From: Chiloscyllium plagiosum
Taxonomy: Eukaryota
NCBI RefSeq assembly: GCF_004010195.1
Contig: NC_057751.1
Coordinates: 16,339,108-16,392,654 of the forward strand
DNA length: 53,547 bases
Reading direction: 5' to 3'
The translations under genes were made by a program, and so were the position numbers. The notes under the pieces were generated by a model. The model was not told the DNA's origin and ran no database searches. It worked only from the letters and a program-made list of their open reading frames with translations. Shown here in pieces: positions 20,555 through 33,749 of this stretch. Within the stretch, counting starts at the first letter, position 1. Each line of letters starts with the position of its first letter.

Positions 20555-21370
20555 CAGTACAGTGGCTCAGTGGTTAGCACTGCTGCCTCACCGCGCCAGG
20601 CCTCAGCCTCGGGCGACTGTCTGCATGGAGTTTGCACATTCCCTCCCCATATCTGCGTGAATTTCCTCTGGGTGCTGTATAGAGTTACACAGCATGGAAA
20701 CAGACCAGAGGGTAGTGTGCGAATGGAACGAGCTGCCAGAGGAAGTGGTGGAGGCTGGTGCAATTACAGCATTTAAAAGGCATCAGGATGGGTATATGAG
20801 TAGGAAAGGTTAATAGGCATATGGGCCAAGTGCTGGCAAATGGAACTAGATCAGTTTAGGTTGGCATGGACAAGTTCCTCCCACAATCCAAAGCTGTGCA
20901 GGTTAGGGTGGATTGGCCGTGCTAAATTACCCCATAGTGCTCAGTGATGTGCAGGTTAGGGTGGATTGGCCATGCTAAATTACCCATAGAGCTCAGGGAT
21001 GTGCAGGTTACGGTGGATTGGCCATGCTAAATTATCCATAATGTTTAGGATGTGCAGGTTAGGGTAGATTGGCCGTGCTAAATTACCCAATCCACCCTAA
21101 CCTGCATATCCTAAACACTATGGATAATTTAGCATGGCAAATCCACCCTAACCTGCACATCCCAGAGCTCGATGGGTAATTTAGCATGGCCAATCCACCG
21201 TCACCTGCACATCTTTGGACCATGGGAGGAAACCAGAGCACCCGGAGAAAACCCACGCAGACACGGGGAGTGTGCAAACTCCACACCGACAGGCGCCTGA
21301 AGGTGGAATCGAACCCGGGCCCCTGGCGCCGTGAGGCAGCGGTGCTGACCACTGAGCCCACCGTGCTGGC
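20555..21370. mobile_element. SINE/CR1 cluster, including tandem SINE units that switch strand at ~21088
   Basis: Plus-strand SINE head (20555-20670), CR1 piece (20700-20875), plus-strand 52-bp units (20890-21088), then minus-strand units and SINE head (21089-21370). Confidence 0.85.
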
Positions 21371-24300
21371 CTTTTTCTCAAACTCACCAGCACACATCCT
21401 CGCCGAGTTTCGAGTCGTCCTCCGCCAGAAACGTTTTCGCCAGGATCAGGAGCACCTGAAAAACAGGAGAGGGAAGAGTTGAACGCGGCATTTCTCAAGG
21501 GCGAGGCTTGCGGGACAAGGCCTCGCCTGAGCTTTTGTTGCTGCAGGCCAGGTTCACGAGAGGGTCAGGTCAAGACCCGCAAGTACGCAATCACCCAGGC
21601 CTTCGCTCGGCGATGGCTGTGTTTCTTACAGCTCCAGAAGCAGACTGGAGCTGTTGGCAGGTGTGGTCTGCCGATTTTGGTCGAGACGCCTTTGGCATGT
21701 TTTTCTTCACTTTGACGGGAGGCCAATTTATAAGTGCCTGAGCAAACCGAAATAACCAACAACAGCAGCTTCAGACTTCTTGAAATCGATTGCGGGACTC
21801 AGGCTCCGAAAGGCACTCATTCAGGGCGAAGGAAGGGCTGGTTTACCGGGTGCACACAAAAAAACAGAAGGCGCGACGTCTGAGGCGCGCGACGGTGTTT
21901 CCGATGTATTTCTATGGCTTCTGGCAAACATCGAGGCGGGTCTGGGAGGAAAAGCAGGATTGTTGACGTCCTGAAGTAACCGCCGACTGGAAATGTTCCC
22001 AAATCAGAGCAGGAGGAGGCCACTCAGCCCCTCCAGCCTGCTCCGCCATTCGACGTGATCGTGGGTTGATCGTCCGACTCGGTCTCCTGTTCCCGCTTCC
22101 TCCCCTTCAGCCCCAAGAGTTGTGTCCACCTGAAAACATTCAGTGTCTGCGGCTTTCTGCGGCAGAGATTTCCACCCCTCTCTGGGTGATGACATTTCTC
22201 CTCATCTCAGTCCTAAATGGCCTGCCCCACATCCGTAAGACTCCGCAGTCATTGGGAACATCCTGCGTTTCCCCTGCCTCGTCCATGTTAGCATTTGGTA
22301 GGCCTCAATGAAAGCCTCACCTACCCCATTCGGATTATTGTAATCCTAACCGGCCCAGTCTCTCTTCAGATGTCAAGGCCTGCCATTCCCAGAAACCTGG
22401 TAAACCTTTGTCACGTTAGAACATAGAAAGGTACAGCACAGAACAGGCCCTTTGGCCCACGACGTTGTGTCACACTCCCTCCATCATCAGAACATCCTTT
22501 CTCAGACAAAGAGAGCCCAAACCGCCCGTCCACAGTCCTCCAGGGCGGAGGCTTCCCCCTGTCCGTCCCTGCTCCTCTCGCCACGGAGGGCCCAACGCCC
22601 CAGAGGCCCTTCCTCACCGCCCGCTGCTCCTGCAAGGCTGGCTTTCAGCCAGTGGGGTAGGAGGGACACCCAGGTCGCGTGGCATCTCTCCCCACCTCCC
22701 CCCCCCCCACTTTCCCTGAATGGCCTCCCTGTTTCTGCTGGCTGAGTGGAGAACCTCCCATCACTCCACATTAACCTGCATTGACTCATGCATTTGCCTA
22801 CCCATGCAGCTTGTCTCCGTCACCCTGAGGCATCTCCGCATCCTCCTCACAGCTCACCCACCTGGCTCCAAACTACATTTCATTCCCTCACCTATATTGC
22901 TAATAGGTTAGACCCAAGCGTATATCCCGGCTGTACAGCCCCCAGCTCCCTCGTCACTACCAGCCACTTACAAAAAGACCTGTGGACTTGGAGGGCAGTG
23001 AACCTTTTCCCTGGCTCTTCACACAGGCAACATTACCTGGATGGCGCGTTTACCTGGTGTCTTCGACAGAATGGAAACGACCTTGGCGCCTTGTTGGAGA
23101 ATGGTCAAAGGGTCACCTGACGGCGAGCGGCAAACGTTAGCTCAGCCGACCCGGTCAAAGAGCACGGCTTTGAGCAGCGTCTGAACCGTCGCAGGAGCGC
23201 GGCATCGGGGGAGTTGGGCCCCAAGCAGCTGAAGGCAGACCCGCCAATGGCAGAGGCATGAACCACGGGGAAGGGGTGGGGCAGGAGGAGACTCCAGAGA
23301 CAGGGAAGGCACTGAGAACCAAGAACGAGAGGATGCCCCTGTGCATGTCTCCCGGGAACAGGCAACAGTGCACCTCAATCGAAAGCCACAAAGTGTCTGA
23401 CCGATGCCCGTAGTTGGCATCAACTCTTGGCACGTGTCCTCTTTCTGAGAAGGAATGCAAGGTCGAATCGCCCAGATTCGTTTTGTTTTGGCAAGGGGAG
23501 GCCAAATAGTTCCAAAGTCCTGAAGAAGGAGACAGAAACGTCTCTTTGTTAAGTGTGTCCAGAAATAATGTGCTCACAGTCATCTTCCAGGGAAATGCGG
23601 GCATGAGATAACTGGCGTGGCGTGTGTCCAGTGCCATTTTTAAGTTGCAAGCTGGCCTTATGCCCGTGGTCTGGCTTTGCGCATTCCCTTGATCTGAGGC
23701 AGTACGGTGTGTGGTAATTTAAGAAGCAAGTAATTGACTTTGCAATAAGCAGTACAAATGGTGATTGTTCGAATGTTTTGTTAAAAATTCGCTTGCAAGA
23801 TATGGGCATCGCTGGCTGGGCTAGCATTTACCGTCCATCCCTAACTGACCTGGACAGGGTAGGGGATGAGCTGCACTCCTTGGGGAGTCAGAACACCTCA
23901 GTGGTGTTAGGGGAGGGAGTTGACCCAGCGACACTGAAGGGACAACGAGATATTCCCCAAGTCAGGATGGCGTGTGTGTGTGTGTCGGGGGAGGGTTTGG
24001 AGGGGAACCGGCAGAGGGCGGCTGTCCTTCTGGACTGTTCGAGGTCACGAGTTGTGGTTTACATTTTTTTTTCGCTGATGACTGCTGGACGACAAAGCCT
24101 TGGGGACAAGGCTCCCTTTTGCTGAGCTTCTCGTTTTTTTTATCCCCCCCCCACCCCCGATGTTCATTGAGTCTCACGTGAGGACAGCCACAAGTTTGAA
24201 CTCGCTGAGAGCTGACAAGCGGAAACAGCTGCGGTCTCCGCGTAAAACAGAGAGTGCTGGCTCACGAGAGGACGTACCACGCCACTCAGATCACTCTGCA

Positions 24301-25034
24301 CTCGCACTGTCACCAGCGACATGCTCACACACACAGTGCCCGTATGACTGAGACAGCACATTTTGTGACGAGCAAGCTTGCTATGACATCTGTAAACTGC
24401 GCCCTCGTTTCTCAGGCGATTTTGTTTCCAATTTGACAAATCCATTCCTTTCGAAAGGTGAATGTTTTGCATTCCACTGTTGCGTCAAGGTTTTGCCACA
24501 GAGTAACCCTCGGGCAGCGGAATTTCTGCTCCGTGTCCCGTACTGAGAAAGAGGAGTGTGTTTCCCGGGACTCACTGGAGTTGATTAAAGCTGGTGTTGT
24601 GGAAACATATGGTGGGGGGGGGGGGGGGGGTGGGAGGTGCTTGACAGGGTAATTAATGCAGAGAGGTTGTCTCCCACTGAAGAGAGAGAAAGAGAGGAAT
24701 TTCTTCTCTGAAATTCTCCGCCCCACACAGAAGGGAACCCTGGGTTATGAAGGAAAGGCAGGAGGGTGCACTTGAGGATGAAGGAGATGAGCCATCATCT
24801 CATCCGTCAGCAGAAAAGACTCCACAGGATGCTTCTGTGGCGCGCTCACCACAAGGACAGTGTCCCAACCATGACCAGGCGCTTCCCGACAAGGCAAAAG
24901 TCACAGCCACATACCGTCAGCGGCTGTGTCATCGGCGACTTGCTGTTTGTGTCACCCTTGTCTCTGAGTCACAAAGTCCCTGGGCTGGGTTCCTCTCCAG
25001 GGCTTGAGACACAAACATCCAGTGCAGACTGATA

Positions 25035-25530
25035 AGAGTCGCGCAGCACGGAAACAGACTCTTCGGTCCCACCCGTCCATGCCGACCCAGATATCCCAAA
25101 CTGAATTGGTCCCATTTGCCAGCACTTGGCCCATATTCCTCTAAACCCTTCCCATTCGCGTCCCCATCCAGATGCCTTCTGAATGCTGTCATTGTACCAG
25201 CCTTCACCATATCCTCTGGCAGCTCATTCCACACACGCACCACCCTCTGGGTGAAAACGTTACCCCTCCTGTATCAGTCTTTCCCCTCTCACCTTAAACC
25301 TGTGCCCCTCTAGTTCTGGACTCCCCCACCCCAGGGGGAAAAGACCTTGTCTATTTACCCTACCCATGCCCCCTCATGATTTTATAAACCTGTATTAGGT
25401 CACCCCCTCAGCCTCCGACGCTCCAGGGAAAACAGCCCCAGCCTGTTCAGCCTCTCCCTGTAGCTCTAACCCTCCAACCCTGGCAATGTCCTGGTCGATC
25501 TTTCCTGCAGCCTTTCAAGTTTCACAACAT
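25035..25530 (-). mobile_element. CR1 LINE 3' fragment
   Basis: VRVWNELPEDMVKAGTMTAFRRHLD plus the 3' UTR. Confidence 0.92.
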
Positions 25531-25869
25531 GCTCACGTTAAACTGAGGCCACCCTGTGCCCGCTCAGGATATTGCTAGAGATCCTGCGATTCTATTTTGA
25601 AGAGGGACCCCCAATCCCCCCCCCGGTCAACATTTCCCCCTCAATCAACAGCCTGGAAGCAGAGGGTCTGCCAAGTGCTGGAGGTCAGAGCTCGCGACAC
25701 GCAATTTGGCGCACGCCACAGCGACTAAACTTCAAAGCACTACTTCATCAGAGACATTCGCAGCTTAAGCAAAACAAAAAGGCGCTACGTCAATGCAATC
25801 CCTCCTTTGGCAGCATTGAAGCAGCAGGTTGGGCAGCGGTCATGGCTGGTGTTAGAAACGAGAACACGC

Positions 25870-28029
25870 GTAATTAACCAACAGATCAATATTGGACGTT
25901 AAAGATTAACTGCGCTCTCGGAGGGAGGGGGATACCTGAGGCAGCAATCAGACCCCCCGCTTTGGGGCAACGGGCCCAGCACCGTGTCCAATCCCACGCG
26001 GGCTGGGCGAAAACACCCCTCTCTGATCGCAGGACGCTAGCACTGAACACAGAGTGAGTCCAGAGGTCAGGGAGAGGCAGGGTTCCAGATTCCCAGAGGG
26101 GTGGTTCACCAGAGACAGCGCTAAAGCTGCGGGCCATAGCACGTGGATCAGGGACAGGAGACAACAGCAGAGAGAAAACCTCCGAGAGGTCAAAAAGGCA
26201 TCTGGCACGCTTCACTTCATTGGCTGGTGCACTGAGTCTCGGGGCTGGGAGGTCATGTTGCAGCTGCACAGGACATTGGTTAAGCCGCGTTTGGAATATT
26301 GTGCGCAATTCTGGGGTCTCCCAGCTACAGGAAAGATGTTGTTAAACATGAAAGGGTTCGGAAAAGATTGACAAGGATGTTGGCGGATTATCAAGCAGGT
26401 GTCAAAGCAGTTTTGTTCCCATAGTTTCAGCATGGCTAATTGTTTTCAGTTCCTGGATAAATTTGTCCTTGTCTTTAATAGCTTATTCCAGACAGAGCTA
26501 TTGCTGCTACTTTTCACATGTCACAGTTCGCATGGCCAATTCACCCTCACCTGCACATTTTTGGACTGTGGGAGGAAACCAGAGCACCCGGAGGAAGCCC
26601 ACGCAGACACAGGGAGAATGTGCAAACTCCCACACAGACAGTCACACGAGGCTGGAATTGAACCCAGGTCTCTGGCACTGTGAGGCAGCAGTGCTAACCA
26701 CTGTGCCACCCATTATAGGTTGAATAGGCTGGGGCTGTTTCCCTGTAGTGTCAGAGGCTGAGGGGTGACCTTATAGAGGTTTATAAAATCATGAGAGGGC
26801 ATGGATAGGGTAAATAGGTCTTTACGCTGGGGTGGGGGAATTCATAATTAGAGGTTTAAGGTGTGAGGGTAAAGACTTACAAGAGACCTAAGGGGCAACT
26901 TTTTCACACAGAGGGTGGTACGTGTATGGAATGAGCTGCCAGAGGAAGTGGTGGAGGCTGGTACAATTACAGCATACAAAAGGCATCTGGATGGGGACAT
27001 GGATAGGTAGGGTGTGGAGGGATAAGGGACAAATGCTGGCAAATGGTACTAGATAAATTTAGGATATCTGGGTCGGCATGGACGAGTTGGGCCGAAGGGT
27101 CTGTTTCCGTGCTCTTATGACTCTGTTACTTAGCAGGTCTGCACCTGAAGACAGCAGTCAGCGTCCGAAAGTGTGGACGCTGGAAAAGCACAGCAGGTCA
27201 GGGGCAGCATCCGAGGAGCAGGAGAATCAACGGTTCGGGCATAAGCCCTTCATCAGGCTTGCAAACATTCTCACAGCTCGTCTTTTCCAAGACCACTCGA
27301 GGGTGGGTGCGATGTGTTCGACTTCAGGACTTCAACAATTGTTCATGGATTGAACAAAGCAGCGAATGATGAACTGTGACATGTGAAAAGTAGCAGCAAT
27401 AGCTCTGTCTGGAATAAGCTATTAAAGACAAGGACAAATTTATCCAGGAACTGAAAACAATTAGCCATGCTGAAACTATGGGAACAAAACTGCTTTGACA
27501 CCTGCTTGATAATCCGCCAACATCCTTGTCAATCTTTTCCGAAGCCTTTCATGTTTAACAACATCTTTCCTGTAGCTGGGAGACCCCAGAATTGCGCACA
27601 ATATTCCAAACGCGGCTTAACCAATGTCCTGTACAGCTGTAACATGACCTCCCAGCCCCGAGACTCAATGCACCAGCCAATGAAGTGAAGCGTGCCAAAT
27701 GCCTTTTTGACCTCTCGGAGGTTTTCTCTCTGCTGTTGTCTCCTGTCCCTGATCCACGTGCTATGGCCCGCAGCTTTAGCGCCGTCTCTGGTGAACCACC
27801 CCTCTGGGAATCTGGAACCCTGCCTCTCCCTGACCTCTGGACTCACTCTGTGTTCAGTGCTAGCGTCCTGCGATCAGAGAGGGGTGTTTTCGCCCAGCCC
27901 GCGTGGGATTGGACACGGTGCTGGGCCCGTTGCCCCAAAGCGGGGGTCTGATTGGTGCCTCAGGTATCCCCCTCCCTCCGAGAGCGCAGTTAATCTTTAA
28001 CATCCAATATTGATCTGTTGGTTAATTAC
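25870..28029. repeat. ~660-bp inverted duplication (25870-26529 and 27371-28029) with an ~840-bp spacer
   Basis: Mirror ORFs 26054-26371(+)/27529-27846(-) and 26212-26433(-)/27467-27688(+) are near-identical. Ends are gtaattaac/gttaattac and tcacagttc/gaactgtga. Confidence 0.95.
26530..27257. mobile_element. Spacer repeats: SINE (-, 26530-26710), CR1 3' end (+, 26715-27125), PLE-end fragment with degenerate hammerhead (-, 27165-27257)
   Basis: Family landmarks as in the other copies. The minus strand reads cctgatgaagggcttatgcccgaaccgttg. Confidence 0.85.
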
Positions 28030-28269
28030 TTTGTGTTATTTAAAGTTACTTTGTGTTGATGTACCCTCAATAGTGGGGTGGGGAAAGAGGCCGACTTGTA
28101 CCCACAAGTCTTACCTGACAACCATGACACTGCTAGCTGACCGATTTCCTGTCCCATCCACATTTCTGGCCTGAAAACAACTCTCCCGGCTCATGAGCTG
28201 AGGGTCCCCAGCACTCCTGAGTAAAGACATCTCCCCTGTTCTCAGTCCGATATGCTCAACACTTTATTA

Positions 28270-29410
28270 GAGTTGTAGTCATGGAGATGTACAGCATGGA
28301 AACAGACCCTTCGGTCCAACCCGTCCATGCCGACCCAGATATCCCAACCCAATCTGGTCCCACCTGCCAGCACCCGGCCCATATCCCTCCAAACCCTTCC
28401 TATTCATATACCCATCCAAATGCCTCTTAAATGTTGCAATTGTACCAGTCTCCACCACTTCCTCTGGCAGCTCATTCCATACACGTACCACCCTCTGCGT
28501 GAAAAAGTTGCCCCTTAGGTCCCTTTTATATCTTTCCCCTCTCACCCTAAACCTATGCCCATCTAGTTCTGGGCTCGCCCACCCCAGGGAAAAGACTTTG
28601 TCTATTTACCCGATCCATGTCCCCTCATGATTTTACAAACCTCTATAAGGTCACCCCTCAGCCTCCGACGCTCCAGGGAAAACAGCCTGGCCTGTTCAGC
28701 CTCTCCCTGTAGCTCAAATCCTCCAACCCTGGCAACATCCTTGTAAATCTTTTCTGAACCCTTTCAAGTTTCACAACATCTTTCCGATAGGAAGGAGACC
28801 AGAATTGCACACAATATTCCAACAGTGGCCTAACCAATGTCCTGTACAGCCGCATCATGACCTCCCAACTCCTGTACTTGTTCAGCAACACTCCCTAGGA
28901 CCTTCCCATTAAGTGTATAAGTGCTGCTAAGATTTGCTTTCCCAAAATGCAGCACCTCACATTTATCTGAATTAAACTCCATCTGCCACGTCTCAGCCCA
29001 TTGGCTCATCTGGTCCAGATCCTGTTGTAATCTGAGGTAACTGTCTTCGTTGTCCACCATACCTCCAATTTTGGTGTCATGTGCAAACTTACTAACTGTC
29101 CCTCTTATGCTCACATCCAAATCATTTATGTAAATGATGAAAAGTAGTGGACCCAGCACTGATCCTTGTGGCACTGCACTGATCACAGGCCTCCAGTTTG
29201 AAAAACAACCCTCTACCACCACCCTCTGTCTTCTACCTTTGAGCCAGTTCTGTATCTAAATGGCTAGTTCTCCCTGTATTCCATGAGATCTAACCTTGCT
29301 AACCAGTCTCCCATGGGGAACCTTGTCGAACGCCTTACTGAGCTCCATGTAGATCACATCTACCACGCTGCCCTCTTTAATCCTCTTTGTTACTTCTTCA
29401 AAAAACTCAT
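28270..29410 (-). mobile_element. CR1 LINE RT and 3' end
   Basis: SKAFDKVPHGRLVSK, VPQGSVLGPLLFIIYINDLD, KFAHDTKIG, LEYCVQFWSP. Confidence 0.95.
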
Positions 29411-30057
29411 CTGGGACTGCGTCCATGTTTGAAACTCTCCAGCCCGTGTGCCCACAAGTCACACCCGCGAAGAATTTCAGATATTTCGCTGAGAACACGC
29501 ACCATTTTTCGAAACACCAGCAACATTTAACAAGAGCGGGTGGGAGGTTAGATTCCAACTTCGTTCTTTTTAAAAATTTTGGAGTGAACGTAGTGGCAAG
29601 AGTCAACTCTCCGCACAAAGGATAAAACGAGGACGTCAAGATCGATAGTACGTTCGACAAATTAAAAGGTTGTAAAAAAAACATCTGAAAAAGATTCAAT
29701 TTCGCACGATTCCTCTCAGCCCCGCAATTTTCTTCAGAAAACCCGAATCTCGACGACCAGTTATCGCGTGAACGCTCTGTGCTCAAGGCTCAGACTGAGG
29801 TAGCTACAACTGGTCCTTTTCAATAACCCTCTGTGCAGTCATCAGACAGTATTTTCCCTGCAGCTAATATCTTCCTCAAGACATCTAAAACAAACGGCAA
29901 ACTGAACTCAATCAGCCCTCAATTTCAAAGCAAGAACAGGTTGGTTATCCTTTATCTGAACATCCAAGATGACCTAAAAAAAAACGAAAGGTATTTTCAA
30001 AGACGGGTCTGAGTTTGGGACCTTTGGAACAGCCCAGAACAGGCCTTGTTGGACATT

Positions 30058-31265
30058 ACGGGTGCACAGTGGCTCGCACTGCTGCCTCACAGCGCCAGGC
30101 CGGGTTCGATCCCGCCCTCAGGTGACGGTCTGTGTGTGGAGTTTGCACATCCTCTCTGTGCCTGCCTGAGTTTTCTCTGGTTTCCTCCCACAATCCACAG
30201 ATATGCAGGTTAGGGTGGATTGGCCATGCTAAATTACCCATAGTGTTCAGGGATGTGCAGGTTAGGGTGGATTGGCCATGCTAAATTGCCCATAGTGTTC
30301 AGGGATGTGCATGTTAGGGTGGATTGGCNNNNNNNNNNNNNNNNNNNNNNNNNNNNNNNNNNNNNNNNNNNNNNNNNNNNNNNNNNNNNNNNNNNNNNNN
30401 NNNNNNNNNNNNNNNNNNNNNNNNNNNNNNNNNNNNNNNNNNNNNNNNNNNNNNNNNNNNNNNNNNNNNNNNNNNNNNNNNNNNNNNNNNNNNNNNTTGG
30501 CCATGCTAAATTACCCATAGTGTTCAGGGATGTGCATGTTAGGGTGGATTGCCCATGCTAAATTGCCCATGCTAAATTGCCCATAGTGTTCAGGGATGTG
30601 CAGGTTAGGGTGGATTGGCCGTGTTAAATTGTCCCACAGTGGCCAGGGATGTGCAGGATAGGGTGAAGTGGCCGTGCTAAATTGCCCATAGTGCTCAGGG
30701 ATGTGCACGTTAGGGTGGATTGGCCGTGCTAAATTACCCATAGTGCATAGGGATTTTTTAGATTAGATTAGATTACTTACAGTGTGGAAACAGGCCCTTC
30801 GGCCCAACAGACCTGGGTTCAATTCCCGCATCCCGTGTCTGCGTGGGTTTCCTCCGGGTGCTCCGGTTTTCTCCCACAGTCCAAAGATGTGCAGGTTAGG
30901 GTGGATTGGCCGTGTTAAATTGCGCATAGTGTCCAGGAACGAGCAGGCTGGATGGGGGTTAGCCGTGGGAATTACCACGTTACAGGGATAGGGTAAGGGG
31001 GTGGAATTTGTTGGGATGCTCTTCAGAGGGTCGTGTGAGGCAGCAGTGCTAACCACTGTGCCATCGTGCCACCCACAAATGTGCAGGTTAGGGTGGATTG
31101 GCCGTGTTAAATTGCCCATAGTGTCCAGGAACAAGCAGGCTGGATGGGGGTTAGCCGTGGGAATTACCACGTTACAGGGATAGGGTAAGGGGGTGGAATT
31201 TGTTGGGATGCTCTTCAGAGGGTCGGTGTACACTCAAAGGGCCGAATGGCCTGTTTCCACATTGT
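30058..31265 (+). mobile_element. Rearranged HE1-like SINE cluster with a tandem 52-bp array (spanning a gap) and a ~145-bp direct duplication
   Basis: SINE head at 30058, tandem units 30200-30745, and duplicated segments 30887-31033 and 31079-31223. Confidence 0.85.
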
Positions 31266-31639
31266 ATGGTAAGTGTATACAAAGAATAATAGGAGCAGAG
31301 AGAACAGAAGTAAAGGTTTTTGATCATGCTAACGTGAACCCATTTCCCAATGGATAGTCTACAATGAGTTCAAGGATTAAATGAACATATTGCTTTTGGT
31401 TGTGAGATAATTCGTTAAAGATCTTAGGGTATGAGATAAGTGTATCCAAAAAGTAAAAGCATCCTTCATCCGAAGGATAGCTGGACACGAGGTTTTCGGA
31501 TAAAGGATTGCCAAGCTGTGTAGGACTTCTCTAAACTCAGTGACCAGCAGCCCTTCCAGCCTCAGATGATTGATCTCTTGGGTTCTTCTGTCTTCATCTG
31601 GATGTCACTGGACCCTTCTTACTAGGCAACCCCCAATTT

Positions 31640-32586
31640 TACTTTTCCACACACACTGAACTGTCCTCCTGAAGGGTTTAAAACTTCGTTAAGATGCATA
31701 CAAACAAAACAACTGTACAAAATTAAACTCTGCCCCTTCGAAACAGACAAAATATCGTTTAAACTTGCATTTATGTGGTGTTCTGAGGGTGACAACGCTG
31801 TGGCTTTCAGAGGTGTGTTTATCCTGGTTTCTTTTAGAGAGAGAGAGAGAGAGAGAGGGATTGGGAAACAGGTACCAAGCAGCCTCTGAGAAGATAAACA
31901 ACTGGTGAAGCCTTGGGTTTCTAAAAAAAATGTTGGAACAATAGAAATTAAATCCAATTGGTTAAATCCAAAAGCTGATTAGATTACTTACAGTGTGGAA
32001 ACAGGCCCTTCGGCCCAACAAGTCCACACGACCTGCCGAAGAGCAACCCACCCATTCCCCTACATTGACCCCTTCACCTAACACTACAGGCAATTTAGCA
32101 CCCAGAGGAAACCCCACGCAGACATGGGGAGAACGTGCAAACTCCACACAGTCAGTCGCCTGAGGCGGGAATTGAACCCGGGTCTCTGGCGCTGTGAGGC
32201 AGCAGTGCTAACCACTGTGCCACCGTGCCACTGGGGTTTTGTTGCCTGCTACAGTGATTGCATGTGAGACCATCTGTCATCTTGCCTTTGCCAAGGGTGT
32301 GTTTGTGGGATGTTACTATATTGAAACAGTTAATTAGTATCAGTTATTGCATCTCTTATTCTGTTCAGTTTTCCAATAGAGCTAAATTATTCCAATCCCT
32401 TCTTTCTCTTGTTATATTTTAATCAAAGAGTTGGAATAAATTGTGTTCTGCTTTAAATCCAATAGCTTGATCAACTGAATTGCATTTGAAATGCAACATC
32501 TCACATTTACCTTTAAAATAACGAAAGTATTAGGGTCAAGGTTATCTTCTTCATATATCTTGAGGGGGTCTGGTTTTGTCTATAAC
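31640..32586 (+). mobile_element. Possible solo LTR interrupted by the SINE
   Basis: AT-rich, with AATAAA near 32435 and an end in ...gtctataACA. The texture resembles 5940-6600. The 5' TG end was not located. Confidence 0.3.
31978..32230 (-). mobile_element. HE1-like SINE
   Basis: gattagattacttacagtgtggaaacaggccc tail and tRNA head at 32160-32230. Confidence 0.92.
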
Positions 32587-33749
32587 ATTGGCACAATGGG
32601 ATTTGCTATTGTGAAGAATGGGTGGGTGTGAAGTTATCAGGGTGTACAAGATCCTCAGGTAGCTTGCCAGGGAGGACACTGAGTGGTTGTTTCCCCATGA
32701 CTGGGGAATCTAGAACATGGGGAGTTCAGGCTCAAGACAGGATGCTTATCATTGAGGACTGGGGTAGACTTATTGAACAGAAATCATAGAATTCCTATAG
32801 TGTAGAAACAGGCCATTTGGCACAACAGGTCCATCCACACCAACCTCTCCAAAGAGTAACCCACCCAAACCCATTCCCCAACCCAATTACTCAACACTTA
32901 ATCCTGACTAATGCACCTACACGACAAGTACCAGGACACTACGGGCAATTTAGCATGGCCAATCCACCTGACCTGCACTGTGCAGAAACTTCTTCCAGGA
33001 GGCAGTCAAGTTTTGGATTTTTTTTATCCCAGAAGGCCAGGGATGATCCATCATTGAAGTAAATGCAATGGCTATCTCAGAAACGGTCTTTCCATCTGTG
33101 GGGATGACCATGGAAGGCATCACGCCGCTGGAAGGAACCGTCATGGTTGTCTGCCATGCTCACTACACAAGGGCATACACTGTGACATGAGACACCCCAC
33201 AGAATCATAGAACTCTGACGGTATGGTAAAGAGGTGCCGAACATTATCTGACTGGAGGATGTTCCAGCGCAGAGATGGTTTTGGGAGTCCTCATGTATGC
33301 AGGTTTGGCGGGTACACCAGTCCCGACAACATCCTGGTAAATCTGTTCCGAACCCTCTCCGATTTACTAACATCCTTCCTATGAGATGGCGACGAGAACC
33401 GTACAGAGTGCTCCAGGAGAAGCCTCAACGACGTCCTTTACAACCCCAACTCGATGGCCTGAGCAATGAAGGCAAGCGTGCTAAACGCTTCCTTAACCGC
33501 CCTCTCCATCTGTGACGCCGCTTCCAAAGAACCGTGTACCTTGAGTGCATGTGGGTCAGAGATAGACAGGCTCTTGGTGTGTCATGGGGAGGTGGGGGCA
33601 AAGGGTCATGGGGAGAAGGCAGGAGAATGGGGGAGGGGGGGTGGGGGTGAGAAACATATCAGCCATGATAGAATGGCAGAGCAGACCCAATGGGCCAAAT
33701 GACCTAATTCTGTTCATTCATCTTTTTTTTTAATGGAGGTTGGGGAGGA

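Larger units (their letters stand above)
18153..28170 (-). other. Candidate multi-exon minus-strand gene of unknown product (exons 28115-28170, 23037-23116, 21388-21455, 19246-19335, 18234 onward)
   Basis: Each internal exon has AG/GT consensus (donors GTAAG, GTAATG, GTGAGT, GTGAGT). Phases 1/0/2/2 join into one open frame from ATG 28163 to TAG 18155-18153. Minus-strand AATAAA at 17803-17798. Confidence 0.45.

Noticed and set aside
24747-25007. 86-aa acidic ORF MKERQEGALEDEGDE...
   Set aside because: No recognisable homology, convincing splice signals or promoter.
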